Notes: generated by a model not told the origin, from the sequence alone. Positions 39,221 through 51,947 are shown, numbered from the stretch's first letter. The stretch: 64,000 nucleotides of DNA from Antedon mediterranea (GCF_964355755.1 NC_092672.1:33610437-33674436); one strand, 5' to 3'. Made by a program: numbers and translations.

Positions 39221-41596
39221 AAATTGCTGCTTAATATCATTGTGTTTTCTTGTTTTGTTTAAAATAAAAATTGTCCTGTTTGATTATTTCGTACTTCCAA
39301 AATCGGTAGCGACCTTTTGTTTTGAATACGAACTACGTGAATATACGATACGCAGCTATGGTTTCCATTATTGCGACGCAACGCAAAGGGGGACGTAGCG
39401 CGCCGCAAGTAATTTGACCAATCACGACGCGATATATCACACCCCAACTAGCTGTTGTTTGTGATTGGTAAAGTGACTTGCGATGTACCTACGTCATTCT
39501 GCAGCGTCCAATGGGAATTAAGCTTAACAGCCAAGCACAAGTTGAGTGGCGCGTTAGGAAAACAAAATTGATTTGAAACCAAACCTCGTTGTTGGGAAAA
39601 GGACGATAGTTAATCAACTAAAAACAGATTCTAAACATTAATCAGCTCAGATATTTTCAATTACTGATAACTCTCAGAATTACATTGCTATAGTAGATAG
39701 CATAATGTCATCAATTACTGTATTCCTTACAACCAATCATATAAATGTTCATATGTAGGCCAACATCCGTTATCGTTTCAAATTAGTTTTAGACAATTTC
39801 TTTGAAGGCTGCTACTTTTGCCAGATACTTATGATAACTAATAGCTTGTCAGTGTAATTTTGATTAAGATGTTTGCCTTCTTCTCCTGTGTGACCTAGCT
39901 GTTTTACCGATTATACTGTTGTTGTCCGTTGATTGCGATGATGCTACACACAACGCTTCGTTCCCTCTGCGGCATCCTAGTGTGAACAACCGATCTTTTA
40001 GTTTGAATTGTATGGGCGGCCGTGGGGGCCAGAATAGACAATGCGAAATGACAAAAGAGGTTTGTGTTGGGTTTTTTTTGTCCGCGTGTGTACTGTTTGT
40101 CCAATCTGCATGTCTATACATTGTCTAATCTGGCTCTAACGGCCGCCCATAGAATTCTCACTAGTAGACGCACCGCAAGTTAGACCAATCACAAGAGTGA
40201 CATATATGACGACCCATTACTTGTGAAGCGTCATATGGATGATTCGTTGTCTGTGGTCAAATCGTTTTCTGAAGGTTGAGATTTATTTACACAGTAACCG
40301 ATAGGTAGTCATCAACTGCAAACATACCTGCTGGAAGCAACGCAATGGCTACTCTGGGTTCCAGACGGAGTTTTGACTCAATTTAGGAAAAAGATAAATA
40401 TTTCGGCACATATGGCGTTTCATACGTATACTACCTCGGACAAAAATCGAAACTTCGACTGGTGGACGAACATAAAAAAGACAATAAATACAGACTTAAG
40501 CCCGGCGCACACTATAGCAATGGCGTACGTGCAACATAAGTGAGTTGACTAATCATAAGCAGCAGTTGAGATGATACATCGCGTAGTGATTGTTTAAATT
40601 ACTTGCGTTGTATCCGTGAATTATTTTGAATAAAATGAAAGAACACGTTATATTTCATCTGCAAACACGAATGACCTATTTGGAGATTTTGAATCCCACG
40701 TTGCTGTCTAGATGCGAGAAAATATAAATAAGACCTACATTTCGAAGCTGTTTGATTCACTATCTAATTTACCTTAGAGAATAATAGATAATACAAAAAC
40801 TACGATACTAAATCAAAATTCCCAGGTACGCACACAATTCTAATTTTAAAAACATTTTCCAGGCACTTACAGTATATTGAATTGCAAAACAACGCGGATA
40901 TCTTTTATTATGGTTGTCCTGGTAACGAATATCTATTGACTAATTACGATTTTGTTAACATTAGTACTGTGTTGGTTTTTTAATACTTGTATTATTGTTT
41001 TTAACAACTAACTATAACACTATAGAATGTGTTCCTGAATTTAACCTTTAGCGTGAATTGAAAACTAAAATTAATTATGTCATTATAACACAAGTTCCGA
41101 GTAATTGGAGCATGCATTATTTAGTTTAGGCCAACACTACTGTTGCGAGGCAAGTACGTCAGTACACACTCCGTACGGTCACGTACAAAGCCCATGTATG
41201 CTTGGTTCCCACTAGAAACGCAAGACAATGGACGTAACGCAACGTAAGTGAGTTAACCAATCAAAAGCGATCGACTATTCGAACGGCCGCTTGTCATTGG
41301 TCAACACGTTTGGTTTGCGTTTACGTCCTAGTGAGAACCAAGCTTTACAGACACCGCGCGTCGTGGATAATGTACATAATACATAGTGCAGTACTGTTGG
41401 TATTTGTCGCAGCCAGACATAAAATCAAAAGACTGATACGAGCACCTATCTTGGAAGGCGAGCTCAGTTTTCTGTTGTTAAATTACCTTGCTCAAACACA
41501 TAGGGAGATCCACTTTCGTTCTCTCTGTGTACCCAACTCGTAGTTGTAATAATAATGAGTTTGTGCTAAGTTGATACATTGTGTTTAAATTTCAGA

Positions 41597-42730
41597 ATGG
41601 TGGTAAACGAAACTGGAAACTGGCCAACGGTCGGTTACGACGTAGAACCTTACTTGTACACTGAAATAGACCGATGGGTGATCGGTGCCCTTAACCCGGT
41701 TATCATCGGCATTGGGGTCATCGGTAACTTTATCACCATTCTTGTGCTAACTAGATGTCCACGTATGCAGACATCGTTGAACGTTTACTTGACAAGCTTA
41801 GCCATTGCTGATATGCTGTTCCTGCTGATGGCACCGATCATAGCCTGGCAATCGCTTGCAAGCAGTGACATTCATGATATGTATGACGCGCCAAATATTA
41901 GCAATACTTTTTGTAAGATCAATAACCTGATCATAGAGACGGCATACCAAGTTGGATATTTAATGATATTGTGCATCTCAGTTGAAAGATTCTTAGCTAT
42001 CTGTAGGCCTCTACAGTATCGCAATTACGGAACTAGATTACGAGCGGCTAAAATATGTTGTGTTGTTTGGCTTTGTGTATTGATTTACCAATCCAGACTT
42101 CTGTTGACAATGACTGTTGAAGTCGCCAAATACCCGTGGCCACATATGTACAAAGGTCAACCAAACGTGTCGACCGTCTGCAGCATATGTTCACCAAAAA
42201 ACTCTACCAGATGTAGAATTATTGATAACTTATACACTTTTGATATCGTAATCGGATTGTTGGTGATTCTAATTCTGATACCCCTTTACGCTACAATGAT
42301 CAGGCGATTGCGTAATTCTCGTTTTGTAAGTTCCAGTGGAAAGAATCGTCGCAAAGCTCAGGACCTAAATATATTTCGAACGGTTTTACTGACAGTCAGC
42401 ATATTCGCACTATGTTTTACACCTTATAATATTTTAAACACTATATACATGTATTTTGAAGTAGATCCAGACGTCGTCAAAAAAAGCGTCAACGTATTTC
42501 GGCCACTAATGTACCTAAACGCCGCAGTCAATCCTGTCATTTACAATATGACAAATACGCTTTATCGTCAATCATTTATTGAGTTTTTCTGCTGTTGTCG
42601 TAAATCGCCAACAAACTGTAACATGAACTCGCCAAAACAGCAGAGTTCCCTGTTAAATGATTCGTCGAAACCAACGATTAAGTCAACAATTATGAACCAA
42701 TCAGATGAATCTCCTACAACTAAAGTTTAG
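41597..42730 (+). CDS. Class A (rhodopsin-like) GPCR, peptide-receptor-like orphan, 377 aa, single coding exon
   Basis: Seven hydrophobic segments with GN (TM1), LAIAD (TM2), C..ERF (TM3), W (TM4), P.Y (TM5), CFTP (TM6), NPVIY (TM7) and a CCC palmitoylation site. Acceptor tttcag lies one base before the ATG at 41597. Confidence 0.95.
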   Translation: MVVNETGNWPTVGYDVEPYLYTEIDRWVIGALNPVIIGIGVIGNFITILVLTRCPRMQTSLNVYLTSLAIADMLFLLMAPIIAWQSLASSDIHDMYDAPNISNTFCKINNLIIETAYQVGYLMILCISVERFLAICRPLQYRNYGTRLRAAKICCVVWLCVLIYQSRLLLTMTVEVAKYPWPHMYKGQPNVSTVCSICSPKNSTRCRIIDNLYTFDIVIGLLVILILIPLYATMIRRLRNSRFVSSSGKNRRKAQDLNIFRTVLLTVSIFALCFTPYNILNTIYMYFEVDPDVVKKSVNVFRPLMYLNAAVNPVIYNMTNTLYRQSFIEFFCCCRKSPTNCNMNSPKQQSSLLNDSSKPTIKSTIMNQSDESPTTKV

Positions 42731-42904
42731 TACATGTTACGATTGGAGGCGCGTCCTGTAGTAGTGAGAATAGTCTTGTTCTAGCGGTGATTCGACTGAA
42801 TTGATAAACAGCTAAATATTTTGGCACACCTGGCGTTTCATACATATAATACTTGCTAGACAAAAATCGAAACGAAACTGGTGGAATAAAAACATAAACC
42901 ACAC

Positions 42905-43050
42905 AATTGGTATTGCACTCGACCTGTGAACCAGAAGTGGCAGGTTCGAATCCTATCGGAGATATTGTTACATATTGCTTGGTATAATGATGATCGCTCT
43001 GTATTGATGGGATTGAATCTATCCATAGACATATATTATTGAGGATCACT
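42905..43050 (+). mobile_element. tRNA-derived SINE fragment
   Basis: caattggt A-box-like motif and B-box GGTTCGAATCC, with no complete cloverleaf. Confidence 0.55.
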
Positions 43051-43676
43051 TTTAATGGTTTTTATATAAATTAGGCGATATGTTATGTTTGATGAAGGTC
43101 GAAAATGTCAACGCAAACAGTCTGCTAGATTAAACAAAAATGGTTGTTAATGTCTATAACTGCAGGCTAGTTCATATTTTGACACCGAGGCGAATCGAAT
43201 ATGCCTATTCGATCAGGTTCGAGCACCATATGGACTGAATGTGGAAACTTAATTATACTGTACGAATAATAACAATATTAAAGAGAGAGACAATGATGGT
43301 ATTACCAAATATTATATTATGCTGGAAAAATCTAGATACAGTACCGAAAACCAGGTGCCAAATGTTGGGTATTATGAGGTTTGGGGTAGATAAACTAAAT
43401 TGTACAATAAGATATGAATTCATACATTTTAAAACAGTTTTAGGCTACTGGTGCAATATAATTACGATTGAACAAAGTTTTTAAAACTTTATTCATTGTA
43501 TGTCTATGTTTAGCATAAGTAGAACAGAATACATATAAGTATGTTATCTATATACAATATAAGTAGGTTCTACTTCATTTAAATTATATATGTACATTAA
43601 ATAGCTCATGGCATCTTATTCATTCTGAAAGAATAGATACTATCCTAATGTACACAGTAATTGTAAATCTAAGCAA

Positions 43677-44420
43677 TTATCATCGTCGCCGTCGTCGTCA
43701 TTGTCATCGCCATCATCATGATCGTCGTCGTCATCGTCATAGGCATCACCATCATCATGATCGTCTACATCTTAGTCGTCATCATCATGATCATCATCAT
43801 CAAAATCGTCTTCGTCATCATTATCTTCCTTACCATTATCATCATCATCATCTATTCATTATTATTATCATCATCGTCGTCGTCATCATCATCATCATTG
43901 TCGACGTCTTTGTCGTCATCATCATCATCATCATCAGCAGCATCGTCATCATCACCATCATCAGCATCATCACTATCATCATCATCACCATCATCATCAT
44001 CATTAGTCTGGCTTCCAGATGAACTTTTGACTTAATATCAGTAACAAGATAAATATGTTGGCATATATGGCGTTTCATACGTATACTACTTGAGCTCGAA
44101 ACATTTCAGGCCCGGTTTCAGGTTCAGACAAACATCGAAAAGCCTCAAAATAACTACAACATAGGGAAAATCAACATCATCATCACCATCATCGTGTTTG
44201 TAGTCATCATCATCAAAGTCATCATTAAATTCGTCATCATCATTATCATCATCATCATCTATTCATTATTATTATCGTCATCATCATCATCACTATCATC
44301 ATCATCGGCGTCGTCATCATCATCGTCGTCATCATCACTATTATCATCATCATCGTCGTCGTCATTGCCACCATCGTCATCACCATATTCATCATATTCA
44401 TCCTCGCCGTCATCTCCATC
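43677..44420. repeat. Degenerate (ATC/GTC)n microsatellite field interrupted by a family G element (44004-~44165)
   Basis: Direct reading. Confidence 0.95.
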
Positions 44421-45241
44421 AATATCCAAACGGCCTCTGTATTGTATAGATTAACTATATATAGTGTACCTAATTCTAATGTAGGCCGGTTATGTCATTT
44501 TGCATTTATTCTTTACGTAAATATATTAAACAAATTATTGTTAAGATAAACGTTCAATCTTTAATGGCAGTTTGCTTTAGACGCATTTATTTGTAATACT
44601 GTGGAGATTATAAAGATAATAATAGTGTTTATACAAATTAGTAAGCTCATAATATTATGCCATTAATGCGTCTTTATAATAATCTAATTTAGAAACGTAA
44701 TCTTACAGCGTACTAAAATTATCTGAAGCCAAGTTACATAAATAGAACACAGGCATGCATTACTTGAATGATGTACAGATGTATTCAATTAAAAAAGCAG
44801 AATGCGGATGATGGTTTACTGTTGGAAAACATAATAAATACTGGAGGTACACTGATTGTTTTTTCTAATATTATGTTTTTTAGGAACCATTTACAAAGTA
44901 GTCTACTGCAGTTACTGCAGTAATTACAATGCTTACTCTTTAAAGTATACCAGAAAATCAGCAAGTTTTTACTTTACATGGTTGGAATCCCTTTGATTGT
45001 GTTAGTTTATGTACAGACTACAGCGCTTAGAGGTTTCACAACAGTAGGCGATATATAAATGCAGGATATTGTAATTATTATTTTTTTGGAGAAAAACACA
45101 TATTTTACTCTGCAATGACTGTTTCATAAATTGAATTATACGGTTATGTCCCACTGTGGGTATCAGTGGCTGGATCTCAATGGAGATACAAAAAAAAGCG
45201 AAAAGCTAAATCAAAACGATAAAGTAAAACAGTCAGAAAAA

Positions 45242-45283
45242 TTAGCAGAGCTTTCGGGCAACACTAGCCCTTCATCAGTGCAA
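45242..45283 (-). ncRNA. Minimal type I hammerhead ribozyme motif within a Penelope-like fragment (45152-45283)
   Basis: Minus strand reads gca-CTGATGA-a-GGGC tagtgtt GCCC-GAAA-GC-TC-tgc. It has a 3-bp stem I, a 4-bp stem II and a palindromic loop-less stem III (AGCT). Confidence 0.7.
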
Positions 45284-45734
45284 TATAATTTCTTGTATAT
45301 ATAGGTTCACATTCAGTTACTATGTGAACCTGTAAATAAATGAAAATTAAGAAATCAAGTTGCCTTGGCATTTGATTGGCTTATTTCCAAGTCATTGCGC
45401 ATAACCCTATTGGCTCATTTCACAACTCTTAGCATAAACAGATTATGAACTGATTACTATGTGAATGGATTCTCTTTATCATATTATATGTTACGATAAG
45501 CTGGAGTATTAATCCATTTTGTTTCGATGTCTCCATATCTTATCACTCTCAAATAACAGAATGTTTAGGCCTACATGACGTATTCCTCGTTCCGTATATA
45601 AACAAACAAATGTTTAAGCAGAAATTATTTAAGTCCTATAATATTAGATACATTGTGCAATAACACCTTGAGTTGATCGTCACTGATACTGTTACATTAA
45701 TATGTGAAATTTGTAATGGGTAAAGCTCTCTGAA

Positions 45735-46010
45735 CATGGATCAAGTCAGATTTCTGAACAGTATTCCTGTCTGGTTTCCAAACAGGGATTCAGTCCGGTT
45801 TCCGAACAAGGATCCAGGCATGTTTCCGAACAATATTCCGATCCAGTTTGCGAACAAGGATCTAGTCCAGCCTAACAGGGTTCCGGTCTGGTCTCCGAAC
45901 AGGGATCCAGTGAGGCTTGAACAAGGATCCGATTCGGTTTCCGAACAGAGTTTCAGTCCGGTTTCTAAACAGGGATCCAGTCCGGCTTCCAAACAAGGAG
46001 CCATCCAGTT
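45735..46010. repeat. Degenerate ~24-bp minisatellite (gtttccgaacagggatccagtccg), resumes at ~51094-51150
   Basis: Same-orientation units on both sides of the 46015-51086 insertion. Confidence 0.75.
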
Positions 46011-46183
46011 TAACCATGGATTAAAGAATAGAAGGATATGCATCGACGGTAACATCAAACGATTTTACAACGCGCTTGCCTATACTAAAGCACTGCTGCC
46101 CAATCAAACAAAAACGCTCATTGAACTCCGTGTCTCTAACCGCGGCCCTCTGTAAAACGCTGCGAATCAACTGTTACATTTGT

Positions 46184-46803
46184 TGAGACCAAAACGTAAC
46201 CATGTAGAAATCGTATGCGCAGTCTGAATGTTCTATTGACATGTCTGCGTCGATGATTAATTGACAACAAAAATATATTGCTGAATAATTCTGTTTTAGT
46301 TTCATCACAATCGGACTACGAAAAGTTCACTTTCTTACGACTGGTAATTTTAAGTAGTTGGTAATATTGATAAAATATGCAATTTTTATATTTGAATTAT
46401 CATTATTTGCCTGCCATCTTCTGTCATTAAAAATTGCGTTAATCTATAGAATATTAAATTATGCATTTGACCATATGTATGTTGTTAGCGTGAGACCAAA
46501 ACGTAACCATGTAGAAATCGTATGTGCAGTCTGAATGTTCTATTGACATGTCTGCGTCGATGATTAATTGACAACAAAAATATATTGCTGAATAATTCTG
46601 TTTTAGTTTCATCACAATCGGACTAGGCCTACGAAAAGTTCACTTTCTTACGACTGGTAATTTTAAGTAGTTGGTAATATTGATAAAATATGCAATTTTT
46701 ATATTTGAATTATCATTATTTGCCTGCCATCTTCTGTCATTAAAAATTGCGTTAATCTATAGAATATTAAATTATGCATTTGACCATATGTATGTTGTTA
46801 GCG
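46184..46803. repeat. Near-perfect 307-bp tandem duplication
   Basis: Units start at 46184 and 46491. The second carries a 6-bp GGCCTA insertion. Confidence 0.95.
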
Positions 46804-47702
46804 TGGCCGGTGTTCACCCATACAACAATCGTGTTTTTAATATATGGCTAAGCAGTGGTTTCTTCATAAATCTCCTTAATTATCGATTTGATTATATTTA
46901 AATTGTAGTGCCTGGTGATTGGCTAGTGGTTATGTCATCCACATCACATCCAATCACCGGGTCTTAATTGAATGAAAACAGCGATCCCTGATCCGGGATT
47001 GGCTGGCTATGTATAGTTGCGATTCGTTACCTAGCGGTCATTTTGAAAAGTACACGCAGGGCAAACTTAATCACGAACAAACGAAGTACCTATTATTATT
47101 CACACAAGAAGTAAGACAACGGTGAGTATATAGATCATGATTACACGTTGTATCTACTACACTTAAGATTAGCCTAGGCCTACCTATGCAGTATCAATGT
47201 CGGCAAATCATATGGTTTACAAGTAAGAATAGAAGGCCTAGGCCTAGTATCCTTGCTGATTTTGTAATTTTACATGTAGGCTGAGACAACAAATAGTTAT
47301 TGTATCAGATGTAGGACTACTTCAGGTCATAAAATGCTACTTTGTCATAAAAACATTAGCGTAGATCAATCGCGGCAGAAACCTATACTAATTAAAATTA
47401 TAGCATCTACAATTCTAAGCCAATAACAATATAGTATTTTATCTGGTATATTGATGAAGTAAGCCTACACTAGGGTCTTCACATTAACATACAATGTAAT
47501 TTAATAACTGTTTAATAAACATTATAACCAACAAGGTTAAATCTCGTTGCACATGTGCAGTAAACAATATATTAGGCACGCGACCGTTTCGTTGTTACCC
47601 ATCATGGATTATTCTTTAATTCATGATTAAACTGTAACATTGTGGGCGGTCCGCGCTCTGTCGGCGAGAGTCAAGGAACCCTTGATCTCACGTCGATGCA
47701 TA

Positions 47703-50700
47703 TAGTCGGTGGCAGGAGGGGGAATCACCACCCAAAAGGGGACAAATTGCCATCCAACTTTTCTAGACTAGAATTTTCCGTAGATTATGAATATGGAAGG
47801 TAATCGATCAGGATAGGAAGCGTTTTCGAGATATAAGGGGTCAAAGTTCAAAATTGACCAATTACAACAATGTATTATGTATATGTATTATAACAAATTT
47901 ATTGAAGCACAATTTGGTCTTTTATTACATTTTTATGATTATAAGTGTCTATTCAATCACCTTATGAAAAAAAAATCTTTTGTGATTAAGGGTCAAATGT
48001 CAATATTGACCAATCATAGAACGTACCTATAAAACCAAATAAAAACTAATATTTAATCAAAATTGGATGTTTTCTCATCCTGTTAATCAATCATACGCAA
48101 TGTAAAAGAGCGAATACATCATTTCATCAGTTGACATAAGGTCAATTTCATCAGTTGACATAAGGTCAAAGGTCAACATTTTAATACGCGTATTAGATGC
48201 AAAGTTGTCCAAACTAGGATATTGATGGTTTTACAAGTAATCAAATTATTTGATTAGTAAAGTTATGTTATTTCAGTATAATACTGTATTTAATCAAATC
48301 AGACTTCGATCAGGATAGGAAGCAAATAGGAAGAGATAAGGGGTCAAAGTTCAAAATTGACCAATTATAACAATGTATTATATACTATTATAACCAATTT
48401 ATTAAAGTTCAGTTTGGTCTTTTAATACATTTGTATGGTTATAGGTGTTGTATGGTGTTATTCAGTCGCCTTATAAAACAAATACTTTGCAATTAAAGGT
48501 CAAATGTCAATATTGACCAATCACACAATTTGCATTTAAAACCAAATAAAAACTAACATTTAAGACAAAATGTTATGTTTTATCATTCTGTTAAGACATC
48601 TATCAATCATACACAATCAAAAGAGCACATTTATCATTACACAAGTTGACATGGGTCAAAGGTCAACATGTGAATAAATGATATACTAAATAATGCAAAG
48701 TTATTCAAACTATGAGATCGATGTTAATAAATGTAATAACGTTATTTGATCAGTGAAGTTATGGTATTTTTATATTTTTTCTAGTGCACATTATTTTAAA
48801 TGTATTAATATAGGCCTAATACTGTAAAATAAATAATAAAATTAATATTATGACGATTAAAATGTTATGATGTTAAAATGTTGCGCTGACCTTCAATGAT
48901 TTGCCACTATACAGTTGCATTTATTAGGGCTACAATATTCGTTTTTGGAAAATAAACTACTATTCATCAGAACCAGAGAATACCAATTCGTACAGGATAG
49001 GGCATAGGCAGATCCAGGTGGCCAAACTCAATCCACAACTCACTACACAGACAGACCACAATTTTTATATAGTTTGGCCCATACAGGAAAGAGTTTCCTG
49101 TATACAAAGGATTCTAAAATAACCTATATGGATTTGCCCGAATGAACCCTCTAAGGATCCTTTTGGGATCTCTATGTGGTGTGCTACATAAGGCCCTGTA
49201 TTAGAAATTAGTATGGGGTAAATAGTTCATGGATGAACTATGAAATAAAACTAAATGTGCACCCTCAATATTTAAATAACATTTATGGATTTGCCCAAAT
49301 GAACCCAGAGGCCAGTCGTTCTCCATGGATGGACATTAAGCCCCATAATGGAAATATAAGGGGTGACACTGTGAGTTCATATAGACAGGGGCGGCCCATG
49401 AATTAAGCTGCCTGTGCACTCTCGATCCTTAAGAAAAGTTTATGGATTGGCCCAAATTAACCCAAGGGCCGGTCCTCCATGGACATTAAGCCCCATAATG
49501 GAAATATAATGGGTGACACTGTGGGTTTATATAGACAGGCAGAACCATGGAATAAAGCTGCCTGTGCACTCTCGATCCTTAAGGAACACTTATGGATTTC
49601 CCCAAATTAACCCAAGGGCCGGTCCTCCATGGATGGTTATTAAGCCCCATAATGGAAATATAATGGGTGACACTGTGGGTTTATATAGGCAGGCACATGG
49701 AATAAAGCTGCCTGTGCACTCTCGATCCTTAAGGAAAATTATGGATTTACCCAAATTAACCCTCAAAGGCCGGTCCTCCATGGATGGACATTAAGCCCCA
49801 TAATGGACATATAAGGGTTGACACTGTGGGTTCATAATAGACAGGCACATGGAATAAAGCTGCCTGTGCACTCTCGATCCTTAAGGAACCGATTTGGATT
49901 TGCCTAAAATGAAACAACAGCAGGTCATCTATTTAGACCCTTCTGTGGTTCTCTACTGTATGTTCAGTTCTACATTTGGCCCCTGTATCGGATCAATGCA
50001 TTTGGCTACATAAGTTACTGTGTTAGAAATATATCGGGTAACTAAAACTGTAGGTTCCAATATTAAGCCATGGGAAAAGCCTGTCTGTGCACCCTCAATC
50101 CTTTTTAAAGGAACCCATATGGATTTTCCAAAATGAACCAAGGGTAACTTCTGAATTCTCTATGAGCCGTACATTCCGTTTATTGGAGATACATGGATAC
50201 CTGATTGAAATTGCTCAAAAGAAAGACATAGTACTGTATAGTAATAGTATTATTCCCCTTCCACGCCTCTTTGAATTAAATCCGCCCTGATAGGCTCTTA
50301 TGTACAGGATTTCAAGGCAATAATCACACTTGTATTTTTCAAACATTATAATCTGTTAGATTGAATAAAAATATCTATTATAAACAATTTGCCGTTAGAA
50401 ATCTCTATGCCATGTCGTTATTTAGATGAGAAAAACAGGTCAAAGGTTAAAATTACAGAAAAAATAGGTGTTTCAGTCACTTTTTGAAAAAAATGTTGTA
50501 TTATGGCAAGTATAAACATATATATTGTGAACAATTTGATACCAAAATTGGCTCCTTACGACAAATATTTATTAATTTATGTTTTTATAACCTTATTCAA
50601 TTATGTCAAAGGTTAATAACCACACTTCCGGTCATTTTCAAGCAATATCATCTGTTATACTGAATATAAATGTATATCTTGGGAACAATTTGCTCCTATA

Positions 50701-51061
50701 TTTAATTCTCTCCGACCTGCCGTTACTTAGATATAGCAAAAAGAGGTCAAAGGTCAAAATTGCTAACAATGGGGTTTCCAGTCATTTTTTCAAAGAAAAT
50801 TCTGTTAGAGCTAATATAAACATATACATTGTGAACAATTTGACACCAAAATTATCTCACTAAGTCCAGAATTTCCAGAGATATAGCATGTTTTTATATT
50901 GGTCAATTTTGAACTTTGACCCCTTATATCTCGAAAACGCTTCCTATCCTGATCGATTACCTTACATATTTGTAATCTACGGAAAATTCTGGTCTAGAAA
51001 AGTTGGATGGCAATTTGTCCCCTTTCGGGTGGTGATATCCCCCCCTCCTGCCACCGGACTA
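47703..51061. mobile_element. Academ-like non-autonomous DNA transposon (~3.36 kb)
   Basis: TAG...CTA termini, ~160-bp TIR, 3-bp TSD ATA confirmed by the intact opposite host TIR. Internal ~500-bp duplication (47805/48307), ~150-bp tandem array (49080-50140), many AAGGTCAA motifs. Confidence 0.8.
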
Positions 51062-51642
51062 ATATCCTTCTATTCTTTAATCCATGGTTTAACAGAGTTC
51101 CATTCTGGCATCCGATCAAGGATCCGATCCGGTTTTCAAACAGAAATCCGGCTTCTGTGCAGCTGCCTGAGCGTTCACATAAATTTGACATAATGGTTGA
51201 TTATGAAATAATACATATTGTAAATACATAAAATAAATATTGTATGCTGACACTATTATGTATAGTATTATACCGTTGTAATAATATTATAGCAACCATA
51301 GTTTTATAAGATATTCTCACGGCGGCAATGAACTACAATATTATAAGTGTATTTGTGTAATATAAAATCGATACTGGTATATTTATGCACACGAAGAACG
51401 CTATGATATTGAATAAGAATATATCTGTTGAATGTTGTTTTTATTTTGGTGTCTATTATCTCTTTAAAAAACAGAAATAAATTAATAACAATGATGATAT
51501 TATATAGCTGGTAATATGAATGATAATTTTATTGATTTGTGTTTTCGTAAAATATGTACGGTATAGATTAATGAACTAGTCGTATGTTTTTGTACATAAA
51601 AAAAATGAATATTGTTAGCAGACAAAAAAAAGGATTTATTCT

Positions 51643-51947
51643 TCATCACCATCACTCGAATCATTATCATCATCAACATCGTCGTCATCATCATCATACC
51701 ATCACAATCATTATCGTAATCATGGTATCGTCATCATTATCATCATCATCATTCTAATCAACATCGTCGTCATCATCATCACTCACAGCATAACTTTCAT
51801 CATCATCATTATTATCATTTTCATCATCATTATCATCGTCATCATCATCATACCATCACTATCAACACCATCATTATCATCATCATGATTGTCGTTGTCG
51901 TCATCAATATCATCACTATCAACATCCGCATCATGATATCATCATTA
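51643..51947. repeat. Degenerate (ATC)n microsatellite
   Basis: Direct reading. Confidence 0.95.

Larger units (their letters stand above)
46015..51086. mobile_element. P-element-like non-autonomous transposon (~1.7 kb net) hosting an Academ-like element
   Basis: TIR CATGGATTAAAGAATAGAAGGATATGCATCGACG. The right TIR is split into 47691-47702 and 51065-51086. 7-bp TSD GTTTAAC at 46008-46014 and 51087-51093. Confidence 0.7.

Noticed and set aside
41579-41596. TTG start of the GPCR given in the ORF track
   Set aside because: This is a eukaryotic gene. The segment is an intron end (tttcag) and the ATG is at 41597.
42905-42960. tRNA gene
   Set aside because: B-box present but no acceptor stem or complete cloverleaf, so better explained as a SINE head.
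43648-44454. His-, Ser-, Ile- or Met-rich ORFs
   Set aside because: Translations of an (ATC)n microsatellite.
45736-46155. 139-aa ORF with 8-aa repeats
   Set aside because: It derives from a 24-bp minisatellite plus a transposon TIR.
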